NCBI GenBank assembly: GCA_963719755.1
Contig: CAVRDA010000014.1
Span: 200,536-264,535 of the forward strand
DNA: 64,000 nucleotides
Direction of reading: 5' to 3'
From: Vicinamibacteria bacterium
GTDB lineage: Bacteria; Acidobacteriota; Vicinamibacteria; Vicinamibacterales; JAENWD01
The notes under the pieces were generated by a model. It was given only the letters and a program-made list of their open reading frames with translations. It ran no database searches and was not told the DNA's origin. A program made the translations under genes and the position numbers. Shown one piece after another: positions 1 through 10,435 of this stretch; within the stretch, counting starts at the first letter, position 1, and each line of letters opens with the position of its first letter.

Positions 1-2
1 GC

Positions 3-2850
3 GACAACCGTGCCGAGCTGACCGGTCAGAACATCGACCTCGCCGCGACCCTCCGCACGCTCGTGCCGAAGTCGCCCGCTGTCGCGCGATTCACCCCTGG
101 CGCGCTCGTCAGCGGCCGGTTCACCGGCACGTGGCAGGGCTGGAAGTCGGCGACGCTCGACGGCACGCTCGACACGAACTGGCGCGCGCGGCCGCTGCGC
201 GGTCCCGAACGATACGCGCTCTCCGGACGCCTCCGCGCGCGATTCGCGAAGGGCCCGTGGACGCTGGACCTCGACTCGCGTGTCGACGACGCCCTGAACG
301 TCGCCGGACGATGGACCATGCGCGCCAGCGCCGCGGACTTCGCGGACTGGCCGATCGACGGCGCCCTGGCGCTCGACGGCGCGACGCCCGGCACCCTGCG
401 CACCGCGTTGCGGCTGTTCGACATGGACGAGCCGGCCGACCTGAGCACGGCCGAAGGGCGTGTGCAGGGCACAGTCACGCTCGACCGCGTGCTCGGCAAC
501 CCGACGGCGAACGTGGACCTGACGGGCTCGCTCCAGTGGCCCGACCAGCCGGTCATCGACACCCGCGCACAAGCCGTGATCACCGCGGACCAGGTGAACC
601 TCACCTCGTTCGAGGCGACGTCCGGGCCTAGTCGCGCGACCTCGGCGCTGACGATCGACCTCAACCGCGACACCATCGACGGCCAGTTCGCCGCCACCGC
701 CGTGCCGGTCGAGTCGTGGCTGCGACGCTTCGATCTCTCCGCGCCGGTGACCGGACCGGTGGACGTCACCGGACGGCTATCCGGCCCGTTGTCGAAAATC
801 GTCGTCGACGCGGATGTCGCCGGCGGCCCGCTTGTGCTTGCTGGGCAGGCCTTCGATCGCGTCACCACGGCGGTGAAGTACGACGGCGACGCGGTCACGG
901 CCAGCAATCTCGTGCTGGCGCGCGGGACCGGCTCGATCGAGGGACAGATTGCCTGGACGCGGCGGGGAGGCGGCCTCGACGGCACCTTCGAGATGAAGGG
1001 GCTGAGCTTCGACACGCAGGTCCCTGGCGTCGTCGCCGCCGACGGCGAGGCAGCAGGGCAGTTGAGAGCGGTCGCCAGCGGACGGGCCACGATTGGCGGC
1101 ACTGTCGACGAGCCGCGCCTGGATCTCGCGATCTCGACGCCGGGCGTGACGCTCGACACCCGCGCCTTCGGCCCGGTGAAGATCGAGGCGCGGACCGAAA
1201 CCGCTGCCGTGACGCGGATTGCCGTGGACGCGCCGGACCTTGGCGCGAAGGTCTCCGGGACCGTGGACCTGGCGGGCACGCGTGCGTTCGACCTGTCCGG
1301 CACGATCGACACGGCCAACTCGCCGCTCGCGGTGGACACGCGCGGCGTCGCGATCGAGCTTGGCGCGATGACGCTGCAGGCGCGCGCGACCGGCACGTTG
1401 TCGGAGCCGGTGCTCGAAACGGCCGACGTCACGGTCCAGCGCCTCGACGGCGCGGTGACATCGGTGGCGGTGTCGGCGTCCGGGCCGACGACGGTGGCCG
1501 TCGAGCCGGGGCAGGCCGACACGCCGGCGCCGCTGCTGCCGTTCTCGGTCCAGGCCGGCAGCATCGCGCGCTACCGCCCGCAGCTCCTCACGCTCGAGAA
1601 CGCCGCCATCTCGACAGGTGAGACACGCGTCACTGCCAACGGCATCTTCGGCTCGCCCGACGATACGCTCACCGTTTCCGCCACTGGCCGGCTCCAGGAT
1701 CTGCGGCCGCTCGTGCTGGCGCTGGCGCCCAACTTCGACGACCCGGTGTTCGAAGGCCCGATTCGCGCCGGCGCGACCATGTCCGGCACGTTCGAACGGC
1801 CGACGGTCAAAGGCTCGTTCGACCTCGACGGCGCCCGCCTGGGCGACGGCGCCCTCCCGCCATTCGAGGACGTCTGGGTGCGCATCGTCCTCGAGGGAGA
1901 GCAGATCCGGCTCGACCTGATCGAGGGACGGTGGCAGGGCGCCCACCTCGCGGTCTCCGGCATGGTGCCGACGTGGTTCGCGAAGCTGCCCGGCTCGGCG
2001 CGAACCAGCGCCCAGGCGACGCTGAGCGGGCACATCGACGAAGTCACGTTGAAGGTGCTCGAGCCGTTCGTCTCGCCGGATGCGCTGAAGGCGACGACCT
2101 TCCAGTCGAAGCTCTCGTTCGCGCTCACCGCCTCCGAGCCGACGTTGAAGGCGGCTGCGGGCGACCTTCGCATCGAGGAGGCGATCCTGCGCTCTCGCGA
2201 GCTGGGGTGGGCCCAGCGGTCGCCGGCCCAGCTTCGTCTCGAGGGAGGCGTGCTGACACTGGCGCCCTGGACGGTCGGAGCGCCGTGGTCCACGCGTACC
2301 GCGTTCACGCTCGGAGGCTCGGTGACGCTGCCCGAGGGAGACACGCCAGCGTCGATGGACGCGGCGATCCAGGGCGAGTTCGACCTCCGCACGCTCGGCC
2401 TGCTCTTTGCCGGCTATCGTCCGGCGGGCACGGCCGTAGTTGCGGCGAAGGTCACCGGTCCGGTAACCGGTCCCTCGGTCGATGGCGCCTTGCGCCTCAC
2501 CGATGGCGCCCTGCTCATCAGGAATCCCCGGTTCGTGTTCGAGGACCTGAACGGCGAAGCGCGCTTCAAGGGGGATCGGCTCACGATCGACGGTCTCACG
2601 GGCAACGTCAATGGCGGCACCATCGAGCTGAGCGGCTCGATGCGCCAGCCCGGCCGCGGAGCGCCGGATGGCGCCCTGTCGATCGTCGCGCGCGGGATGC
2701 TGCTCGAGATCCCGCGCGGCCTTCGCAGCGCCATCGACGCGGACCTCTCCTTCTCCGAACGCCCCGACAAGCGATTCGGCCTCACCGGAAAGATCACCAT
2801 CGCCGATGCCGCCTACCGCGAGTCGCTGCTCGTGACCGGCGGCATCATGA
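3..2850 (+). CDS. tamB: TamB/AsmA-like translocation-and-assembly-module protein, central part (5' end outside window; frame breaks at ~2850-2880)
   Basis: Frame 3 is open from nt 3. More than 900 aa of Gly/Thr/Val/Asp/Leu-rich beta-like repeats ('VSGTVDLAGTRAFDLSGTIDT','LTIDGLTGNVNGGTIELSGSM') resemble TamB. After ~2860 this frame turns into Arg/Pro/Gly junk, while frame 1 continues the protein. Confidence 0.7.
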
Positions 2851-2877
2851 ATCTCATTTCTCCCAGGGCAGGATCAG

Positions 2878-4330
2878 GTGGTCGCGCCGCCGGAGACCGA
2901 GAGCCGGCCCGAGTGGCTGGTGATGGATCTCCGGGTCGCGGCGGACGACTCGGTCGTGATCGACACGACGTACGGCCGGTTCAGCCTCGGCGCGAACCTG
3001 CGCGTCCAGGGCACGCCGGCGACGCCCCGGCTCACCGGCACGGCCGCCATCGCTCCCGGCGGCGAGGTGTACGTCGGCGGGAGGACATACCAGGTCGAGG
3101 TCGGGCTGCTGGAGTTCCGCAACCCGACGTCGCTCCGCCCCGACATCCGGTTCAACGCGCGCACGAGCGTGTCCGGGTACGACATCACCATGGACATCCA
3201 GACCCGCGGCGGCGTCACGGAAACGAGGCTGCAATCCGATCCGCCGCTGCCCGAGGACGACGTCGCGTCGCTGCTGCTCTCGGGCCAGCGCTACGGCGAA
3301 GGCGACACCGCCGAGGCCGTCACCCAACAGCTGGCGGCCGCGCTGTCGGGCGAGATTGTCGGTGCTGTAGGGCGCGCCATCGGCTTCGACAGCGTACGCG
3401 TCGAGCAGAGCAACCCGGGTGACGTCCTGTTCGATGCAAGTCTCATCAAGTCGGACACCAATCCAGCGCAGCGCCTGACGTTCACGAAGCGCGTCTTCCC
3501 CGATGTCACGGTGACGGTCAGCCAGAGCCTGCGGCAAAGCGGCGACGTCACCTGGATCATCGGGTGGGAGCCGATCTCCGGCGTCGAGCTGCGCTTCGTC
3601 CAGCTCGACGACGAGGACAAATCGTACGAGGTGCGGCACGACATCTCCTTCGGCGGCGGCGTCAAGCGCAAGTTTCGCGAGCGGCGCCGGACCGAGGACG
3701 TCCGGCAGGTCACCGTCACCACAACCGGCGCCATCACCGAGGCCGACGTGCGTGCCCTGTTGAAGCTCAAGGAAGGTAAGGCCTTCGATTTCTACGAGTG
3801 GCAGGGCGATCGCAATCGCGTGCAGAAATGGCTGGGTGAGCACGGCTTCTATGAAGCGCGGGCCACCGGGCGCCGGAACCCGTCCACGCCGCCGCCGCTC
3901 GACGCGACGACGCGGACGCCGGTGGACCTGGCTTATCACGTCGACAGCGGGCCGCGGACGGAGCTGCGCATCACCGGCATCGAGGTGCCGAAGAAGATTC
4001 GGGAGGCCCTCGTCACGACGTGGGTGGACGTCCCGATCGATGCCGTGCTCGAGGAAGAGTTCAGCAACCACCTGCGCCCGTGGCTCGCCGAGCAGGACTA
4101 CCTGCAATCGGAGATCAAACTCGAGATTTCGAGGCAGGGGGCCCCGGCAGCCGCGTCGGGCGCGGCCGCGCCTGTGCCGGTCAAGATCGTCACCGTCGCG
4201 ATCAGGCCCGGCCCCAAGACCGCCGAACGCCGGATCGTGTACACCGGCAACGAAGGGCTGAAGGCCGGGGACCTCGACAAGGCGATCGAGCTCGCGGGCC
4301 TGAAGCATCGTGTGTGGGTGCGTCCCACTG
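2878..4330 (+). CDS. TamB C-terminal DUF490-like domain continuing without a stop into Omp85-type POTRA repeats (frame breaks again at ~4320-4350)
   Basis: 'WLVMDLRVAADDSVVIDTTYGRFSLGANLRVQGTPATPRLTGTA...' and '...GDVTWIIGWEPISGVELRFVQLDDEDKSYEVRHDISF' look like the TamB C-terminus. About 18 aa later come 'VRQVTVTTTGAITEADVRALLKLKEGKAFDFYEWQGDRNRVQKWLGEHGFYEA', which are POTRA-like units. No stop, RBS, start or signal peptide lies between them. Confidence 0.65.
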
Positions 4331-5959
4331 AGGCGCAGGCGGTCGGTGCTCTCGACGTATCGGAAGAACGGTTACCTGGCCGCGCAAGTCACTGTCTCCG
4401 AGCCCCGGTTCGAGGGGACCCGCGCTGAGTTGCCGATCCGGGTCGACGAGGGGCCGCGGTTCCGCGCCGGGACGGTTCGCATAGAAGGCGTCAGCGAGGT
4501 GCCCGGCGTGAAGCTGACGCCGCCGGTTCGCGAAGGGACCGTGCTCACCGATCGCCTGGTCGCCGACGGCGTCCGCGAGCTCGAGCGCACGTTCCGCCGC
4601 GCCGGCTATCGCGGCACCCGGGTCACGGCGAGCTCCACCAACAGGAATGGCGGCGAGACGGTCGACCTGGTCTTCAACGTGCTGCTCGGCCAGCGCGCGC
4701 GGCTCGAGGGTATCCGCATCGCCGGCAACGCCGATACCTCGCCAAAGCTGATCGAAAAGACGATGAGCCTCGACCCGGGAGAGCCGCTGTCGTTCGATCG
4801 GCTGAACCGCGCGCGCGACAGGCTGTACGACACAGGGCTCTTCCGCACGGTGTCGCTCGAGACCGTGCCCGTGCCCGACGCCGAGGGGCGTCCAAATCCC
4901 GGCCTGCTGCGGGCGAACGTCGCTGTGGAGGAACTGCCCAAGTACCGCCTGCGGTACGGCTTCCAGCTGTACGATCCGAAATCGTCGCTGTTCGATCCGA
5001 AGTGGGGCGCGGTCGACCCCGGCGTCGTCGCAGACCTGACGCGGCGCGGGCTCTTCGGCCGCGGCCTCACCGGCGGCATCGGCGCGGGGATCAATCCCTC
5101 GCAGCAGACCGTGCGCGGGTACATCAGCAGCCGTACGTTCTTCGGCCTGCCGGCGCAGACCAACCTTTACCTCGGCGTCGAAGACGAGAAGGCCGCAAGC
5201 ACCGGCATCGTCCTCGACTCGCGCAAACAGTTCGTCACGTTCGATCAGCGCGTCCGCTACCGCCGGCTGTTCCAGCTGGGCTACGGCTACAGCTTCGAAG
5301 TGCGCAAGTTCGATTTCCTGGTGCAGATGCCGACGCTGCCGGCGCCGATCCCCGTGGAGGTCAAAGCGAACATCGGCCGCCTGCTCACCAGCATCGTCAT
5401 CGACGACCGCGACGACGTGGTGAACACCCGGCAGGGGCCGTTCCACTCGTCGAGCTTCGAGCTCGGGCCGACGGCGCTCGGGTCGACGCTGCCATTCAAG
5501 AAGTACCTGGGCCAGCAGTTCTACTTCGTGCCGTGGAAGAAGGTCACGATGGCCTCGGCGGCGCGCCTCGAGGTCTCCGGAGGACCGGGTCGCGGATTGA
5601 TCACGACCGAGCGGCTGCGCGTCGGCGGCGCCTACACCGTGCGCGGGTACGAAGACGACACGCTCTCACTGGGGAATATCAGCGGCAGTACCCCGGGCAC
5701 GACCACCGTCATCGTGCTCAACCAGGAAGTGCGCTTCATGCTGACCAGGCGGCTGCAGGGCGCAGGCTTCTGGGACTACGCGCACATATACGGTGAGACC
5801 GGCGACTTCACCGGGCTCCGTCTGCGCAACGGCGTCGGCGCCGGCGTTCGCCTGCTCCTGCCGTTCATCATCGTCCGCGTCGACTACGGCTACCCGATCC
5901 AGCAGGACCCGATTAACGACAAAGGCCGGTGGTATTTCGCGATCGGCCAGACGTTCTGA
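4310..5959 (+). CDS. Omp85 family outer-membrane protein (BamA/TamA-like): distal POTRA repeats plus surface-antigen beta-barrel
   Basis: 'YRKNGYLAAQVTVSEPRFEG', 'VRIEGVSEVPG' and 'IRIAGNADTSPKLIEKTMSLDPGEPLSFDRLNRARDRLYDTGLF' are POTRA-like. The C-terminal barrel has 'RVGGAYTVRGYEDD' and the terminal '...GRWYFAIGQTF'. The real sequence joins the previous feature at ~4340. Confidence 0.8.
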   Translation: MCGCVPLRRRRSVLSTYRKNGYLAAQVTVSEPRFEGTRAELPIRVDEGPRFRAGTVRIEGVSEVPGVKLTPPVREGTVLTDRLVADGVRELERTFRRAGYRGTRVTASSTNRNGGETVDLVFNVLLGQRARLEGIRIAGNADTSPKLIEKTMSLDPGEPLSFDRLNRARDRLYDTGLFRTVSLETVPVPDAEGRPNPGLLRANVAVEELPKYRLRYGFQLYDPKSSLFDPKWGAVDPGVVADLTRRGLFGRGLTGGIGAGINPSQQTVRGYISSRTFFGLPAQTNLYLGVEDEKAASTGIVLDSRKQFVTFDQRVRYRRLFQLGYGYSFEVRKFDFLVQMPTLPAPIPVEVKANIGRLLTSIVIDDRDDVVNTRQGPFHSSSFELGPTALGSTLPFKKYLGQQFYFVPWKKVTMASAARLEVSGGPGRGLITTERLRVGGAYTVRGYEDDTLSLGNISGSTPGTTTVIVLNQEVRFMLTRRLQGAGFWDYAHIYGETGDFTGLRLRNGVGAGVRLLLPFIIVRVDYGYPIQQDPINDKGRWYFAIGQTF

Positions 5960-6137
5960 TCCGGCCACTCGAGACGTGCCTGGGTCATGTCGACCTCAGC
6001 CTCGACGAGATGACCACGCGTATGACGGCGTCGAGCGAACCGGCGTAGCCTCGCGCGCGAGCGCGCGGCATCAAGGGCGAGGGCGAGCAGAAAGGCTGCT
6101 GTCCGCACCGCGTCGGGGACGTAGCTTATCATTTGGC

Positions 6138-6767
6138 ATGCAGGCTGCCTCGCGCCGTCTCATCCATGCCACAGCGGCAACGGTCTCCTTGTGGGCCTGG
6201 CCTGTGGCGGCGCAGGACAAGCCCGTGCACGTCGTCGACACCGACCCCGCCCCCGTCGCGATCGAAGATGGCATCTTCTTTCAGGAAACCGGTCTCGTGA
6301 CGATGGCGGTGCGCAACCGCCACACGTCGCCGCTGATCGTCACCATCCGCGCCTGGGCGTTTACCGACAGCGGCCGGCTGAGAGGCACGACCACGCTCTG
6401 CGTCTCGGAGCCGCTCGATCGGGGCACCAAGCGAATCTCGTCTCTTGCGCTCGAAGTGCGCGGACTCGAAACCAGCGACGCGGTGGCCGTCGCGGTCGTG
6501 CACGCGCACGACGATCGGCAGCAGTGGGACGTGGCCGACGTCGAGTCTGACGCGGCGACGCTGGCGCGTTCGCGCGCGCTCGGCCGCGGCGGGCGACTCC
6601 GCCTGACCGCGACGCCCGTTCGCGGACCCTCTGCGACCCCCTGTGCGTGCGAGCTCACGGCGGCCGAGGCGTCCTGCGACGCGCAATGCGCCGAGACCGG
6701 GCTCGGCGCTTTCACTGCCGCGCCAACCGTCTTTGGCGGGTGTTCGGCCAGCTGCTCCTGCAAATGA
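6138..6767 (+). CDS. hypothetical secreted protein with Cys-rich C-terminus
   Basis: ATG at 6138 within ORF 5793..6767. Signal-peptide-like 'MQAASRRLIHATAATVSLWAWPVAAQD'. C-terminal 'CACELTAAEASCDAQCAE...GGCSASCSCK'. No family recognised. Confidence 0.45.
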   Translation: MQAASRRLIHATAATVSLWAWPVAAQDKPVHVVDTDPAPVAIEDGIFFQETGLVTMAVRNRHTSPLIVTIRAWAFTDSGRLRGTTTLCVSEPLDRGTKRISSLALEVRGLETSDAVAVAVVHAHDDRQQWDVADVESDAATLARSRALGRGGRLRLTATPVRGPSATPCACELTAAEASCDAQCAETGLGAFTAAPTVFGGCSASCSCK

Positions 6768-7357
6768 TCATGCGTTTACTGCTCCCCGCGCGCTCAGTCA
6801 TCGGCGTCAGTGTCGTTCTGGCGCTCTCGTTCGTCGCCGCGCGCGCGGCCGGCGCGGCCGCCGACCATCCCCAGATCGTCGTCCTGGTTCGCCATGCCGA
6901 AAAGGGCAGCGCGCCGCCGGGCGACGTCGCGCTCAGCGACGCCGGGCGGGCGCGCGCGGAGGAGCTGGCCCTTGCGCTGGCCGAGGCCGAAGTGGACACG
7001 ATTGTCACGACGCAGTTCCGGCGCACGCGCGATACGGCCGGCCCGGTGGCGAAGGCGCGCGGCCTGGTGCCGGTGATCGTCAACGCCGGCAACGACACGG
7101 CCGCGCACGCGCGCGCGGTGGCCAATGCCGTGCGTGCCGGCGGCAGGATGGTGCTGGTCGTCGGACACAGCAACACCGTGCCGGCCATCATCGGCGCTCT
7201 CGGTGGGCCCCGCATGAGCGACCTCTGCGACGGCGAATACGCCAACATGTTCATGCTGGCCCTGGTGCCGGGACAGCCGCCGCGGCTCGTCCACGGCCTG
7301 TTCGGCGCCCCCGACCTCGAGCCGGATGCCGGCTGCGGAACGGCGATGAAGCAGTAG
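6764..7357 (+). CDS. histidine phosphatase family protein (SixA/phosphoglycerate-mutase-like), secreted
   Basis: N-terminal hydrophobic leader, then 'IVVLVRHAEKG' (RHG-type motif) and 'VLVVGHSNTVPAII'. Confidence 0.7.
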   Translation: MIMRLLLPARSVIGVSVVLALSFVAARAAGAAADHPQIVVLVRHAEKGSAPPGDVALSDAGRARAEELALALAEAEVDTIVTTQFRRTRDTAGPVAKARGLVPVIVNAGNDTAAHARAVANAVRAGGRMVLVVGHSNTVPAIIGALGGPRMSDLCDGEYANMFMLALVPGQPPRLVHGLFGAPDLEPDAGCGTAMKQ

Positions 7358-7415
7358 GAAAGCGGAGCGCCTCCCACTCCACTTCGCACTTAGCATTTCG
7401 CACTTAGCATTTCCA

Positions 7416-8957
7416 ATGTTCAGTCCACGCCGCTGGTGGGTGATCGGCATCGCCGCCGCGCTGATCACCGTCGTCGCAATCGGGTCGGTCGTGCTCTATC
7501 GCTGGCAGATGCCAAACGTGCGGGCGAGGCTCGTCAGGATCCTCTCTGAAGAACTCGGCGCCCGCGTGGAGCTGGCGGACCTGCAGGTGCTGCTCGGGCG
7601 CGAGGTCGAGGTGGTCGGGCGCGGGCTGGTGCTGCACCACAAGGCGGCCGATGCGTCGCTGCCGCCGCTGGTCCGCATCGAGCGTTTCTCGATCGTCGTG
7701 CCGGTGCTGGCGATCCTCCGCTCGCCGATCCACGTGCGATCGGTCTCGCTCGATCGGCTCGAGATCTTCCTGCCGAAGCGCGCCAAGGGGGCAGGCGGCG
7801 GCAGCGATCTGAAGCAGGCGCTCGGCGGTCCCAGTCCTGTCGTCATCGACCGGCTGCGGTCGCAGAACGCGACCCTGGCGATTCAGTCGAGCAAGCCCGA
7901 TCGTCCGCCGCGCACGTTCGTGATCCACGACCTCACGCTCGTCGACGCGGCCTTCGATCGCCCCGTCCGTTTCGAGGCGCAGCTCACGAACCCCAAGCCG
8001 TTGGGAGAGATCCAGGCCTCGGGTCAGTTCGGTCCATGGGTGCCCGACGACCCGTCCCAGAGCCGCGTCGCCGGCGACTACCACTTCGCGAAGGCCGATC
8101 TCGGCACCATCAAGGGCATCGGCGGGACGCTCGAATCCCGCGGCTCGTTCATCGGGCCGCTCGATCAGATCGACGTCAAGGGCGCCACCACCACCCCGGA
8201 CTTCAGCCTCGACATCGGCGGCCAGCCGCTGCCGCTGGCGACGACGTTCGTGGCGCTGGTCGATGGCACCAACGGCGACACGATCCTCCATGACGTGGTC
8301 GCGACGCTCGGCAAGACGCCGATCCGCGCGAAAGGCGGCGTCGTCCACACGCCGGGCCGCAGGGGCCGGACCGTCGTCCTCCATGCGACCATCGACAAGG
8401 GGCAGCTGCCCGACGTGCTGCGGCTCGCGCTCGACGACCCGACGCCGCCGATGAACGGGCAGCTGACGCTGAGGTCGCTGATCAACCTCCCGCCAGGAGA
8501 GCCGAAGGTCGTGGATCGGCTGGAGCTCAACGGTGAGTTCGACATCGACGCGCTGACGTTTGCCAGCAACACCGTGCAGTCGAAGATCGACGAGTTCAGC
8601 CGCCGCGGGCGCGGCCGGCCAGCCGACCCCTCCATTCAGCGCGTCCCCTCGGCCATGCACGGCGCTTTCCAGCTCAAGGATGGCGTGCTGCGTTTCACCT
8701 CGCTCCGGTTCGTCGTGCACGGCGCGCTGGTCCAGTTGCACGGCTCGTACCGGCTGCACGGCGGGGCGCTGGATTTCCGTGGTAGCGTGCGGCTGCACGC
8801 CCGCGCTTCCCAGATGCTGACGGGGTGGAAGTCGTGGCTGGCGAAGCCCTTCGACCCGATTCTGGCGAAGGACGGCGCCGGGACCGTCCTGCCGATCACG
8901 ATCTCCGGCACCGCGAAGCAGCCGAAGTTCGGGGTCGAGATGAAGAAGGTCTTCTGA
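7416..8957 (+). CDS. AsmA-family / DUF748-like envelope protein
   Basis: Single N-terminal TM segment ('WWVIGIAAALITVVAIGSVVLY') followed by a long beta-rich periplasmic region. The architecture is typical of the AsmA-like clan. Intact 513-aa ORF. Confidence 0.6.
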   Translation: MFSPRRWWVIGIAAALITVVAIGSVVLYRWQMPNVRARLVRILSEELGARVELADLQVLLGREVEVVGRGLVLHHKAADASLPPLVRIERFSIVVPVLAILRSPIHVRSVSLDRLEIFLPKRAKGAGGGSDLKQALGGPSPVVIDRLRSQNATLAIQSSKPDRPPRTFVIHDLTLVDAAFDRPVRFEAQLTNPKPLGEIQASGQFGPWVPDDPSQSRVAGDYHFAKADLGTIKGIGGTLESRGSFIGPLDQIDVKGATTTPDFSLDIGGQPLPLATTFVALVDGTNGDTILHDVVATLGKTPIRAKGGVVHTPGRRGRTVVLHATIDKGQLPDVLRLALDDPTPPMNGQLTLRSLINLPPGEPKVVDRLELNGEFDIDALTFASNTVQSKIDEFSRRGRGRPADPSIQRVPSAMHGAFQLKDGVLRFTSLRFVVHGALVQLHGSYRLHGGALDFRGSVRLHARASQMLTGWKSWLAKPFDPILAKDGAGTVLPITISGTAKQPKFGVEMKKVF

Positions 8958-9002
8958 GACCGCGGTCCGCGCCGCCGTCTCGCCGCCGCGTAGGAGGTTC
9001 TC

Positions 9003-9285
9003 ATGACTCGTGCGGACATCGTCGCGCTGCTCGAACGGCATCGGGACGCGTTCAAGCGTCGTGACGCCGAAGCGCTGGCCGCCGATTTCGCCGAGACCGG
9101 CGTCTGGGAAGGTCCCGCGCACGGCGTCGTCGAGGGCCGGGCGCGGATTCTCGAAATCTACAACTACTGGTTCAACGCGTTCCCGGACCTGCAGATCACC
9201 TGGGATGCGCCGCTCGTCGACGGCGATCGCGCCGCGACCTTCTGGAAGTTCGCCGGCACCTCGCACGGGCCCTTCTTCGGCGTCG
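9003..9285 (+). pseudogene. SnoaL-like (ester cyclase/NTF2-fold) gene, 3'-truncated at the block junction
   Basis: RBS 'gtaggagg' precedes the ATG. 'LLERHRDAFKRRDAEALAADFAETGVWEGP...ILEIYNYWFNAFPDLQITWD...GTSHGPFFGV' is SnoaL-like. The reading frame then runs straight into uxaA-derived sequence. Confidence 0.6.
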
Positions 9286-10435
9286 TCGGCGTGCTCGACG
9301 ACCGGCGAACTGCTCCGCCCAGGTCACGCATGATCTCCGATCATTTCCGCATGTCCGGCGAGCTCAAGCAGTTCCCGAATGTCGACGGCATCGTTGCCCT
9401 CACGCACAAGAGCGGCTGCGCCGGCGGCGAGGAGACCGAGGGAAACTACACGCTGCGCCGTACCGTGGCGGGCTATGCCAAGCATCCGAACTTCGCCGCG
9501 GTCTTGATCATCGGCCTGGGCTGCGAGTTTGAACCAGCCGCCCCGACTGGTGGCGGAGGAGGGGCTGCAGACCGGTGCGCGGATCCAGACCCTGATCATC
9601 CAGGAGACCGTCTGCACGCGGAACACGGTCGACGCCTGCATCGCGCGCATTCGCGAACTGCTGCCCGAAGCCAATGCCGTAACTCGCAAGACCCTGCCGG
9701 CCAAGCACCTGATCCTTGGCCTGCAATGCGGCGGCTCGGATGGCTTCTCCGCCATCACGGCGAATCCGGCGCTGGGCGTGGCGGCGGACCTGCTGGTGCG
9801 CAACGGCGGCACCGCGATCCTCAGCGAGACGCCGGAGATCTATGGCGCCGACATATGCCGTTGGGCCGCGCGGTCAGCCAGGAAGTCGGACAGAAGCTAC
9901 TGGATCTGCTGCGCTGGTGGGAAGCCTACGCTGCGCGGAACAGCGAGTTGCTCGACAACAATCCGTCGCCGGGCAACAAGGCGGGCGGGCTGACCACCAT
10001 CCTGGAGAAGTCGCTGGCGCGGCCGCCAAGGGCGGCCGGAGCGATCTGGTCGACGTCTACAAATACGCCGAGCCGGTGACCAAGCGCGGCTTCGTGTTCA
10101 GGGATACGCCGGGCTATGATCCGGTCTCCGTGACCGGGCAGGTGGCGGGCGGTGCCAACATGATCTGCTTCACCACCGGGCGCGGCTCCTGCTTCGGCTG
10201 CAAGCCGGCGCCGAGCCTGAAGCTCGCCACCAATACGCCAATGTACAACCGCATGGCGGACGACATGGACATCAACTGCGGGTCGATCCTTGATGGCGGC
10301 GCCAGCGTCGAGGAGATGGGCGAGCAGATCTTCCAGCTGATCCTCAAGACGGCATCCGGGCAGCGCACCAGAAGCGAACTGCTCGGCTATGGCGAGGATG
10401 AGTTCGCTCCCTGGCATCTCGGCGCGACCTTGTGA
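9286..10435 (+). pseudogene. UxaA/GarD-family dehydratase, 5'-truncated and multiply frameshifted copy (copy 1)
   Basis: Matches 62541-63692 at an estimated 98-99 percent identity by eye. It lacks the first ~130 codons. It shares the copy-2 frameshift after 'GLGCEF' and has two extra 1-nt deletions (~9850, ~10017). Confidence 0.85.

Noticed and set aside
26-1564. 512-aa ORF on the minus strand (and similar ORFs at 777..2033, 1571..2392, 2854..4308, 4202..5446)
   Set aside because: It is antisense to the recognisable TamB/Omp85 coding frames. The composition is Ala/Arg/Ser/Pro/Gly junk typical of the shadow frames of very GC-rich genes. No motifs were seen.
7404-9266. 620-aa minus-strand ORF
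   Set aside because: It is antisense to the AsmA-family gene and the SnoaL-like gene. It is Arg/Asp/Glu/Pro-rich and low in complexity, so I treat it as a GC-driven shadow ORF.
9003-10079. 358-aa ORF read as one protein
   Set aside because: It is a read-through across the block junction: a SnoaL N-terminus, then a uxaA interior, then out-of-frame junk ('EPAAPTGGGGGAADRCADPD...'). It is not a real fusion protein.
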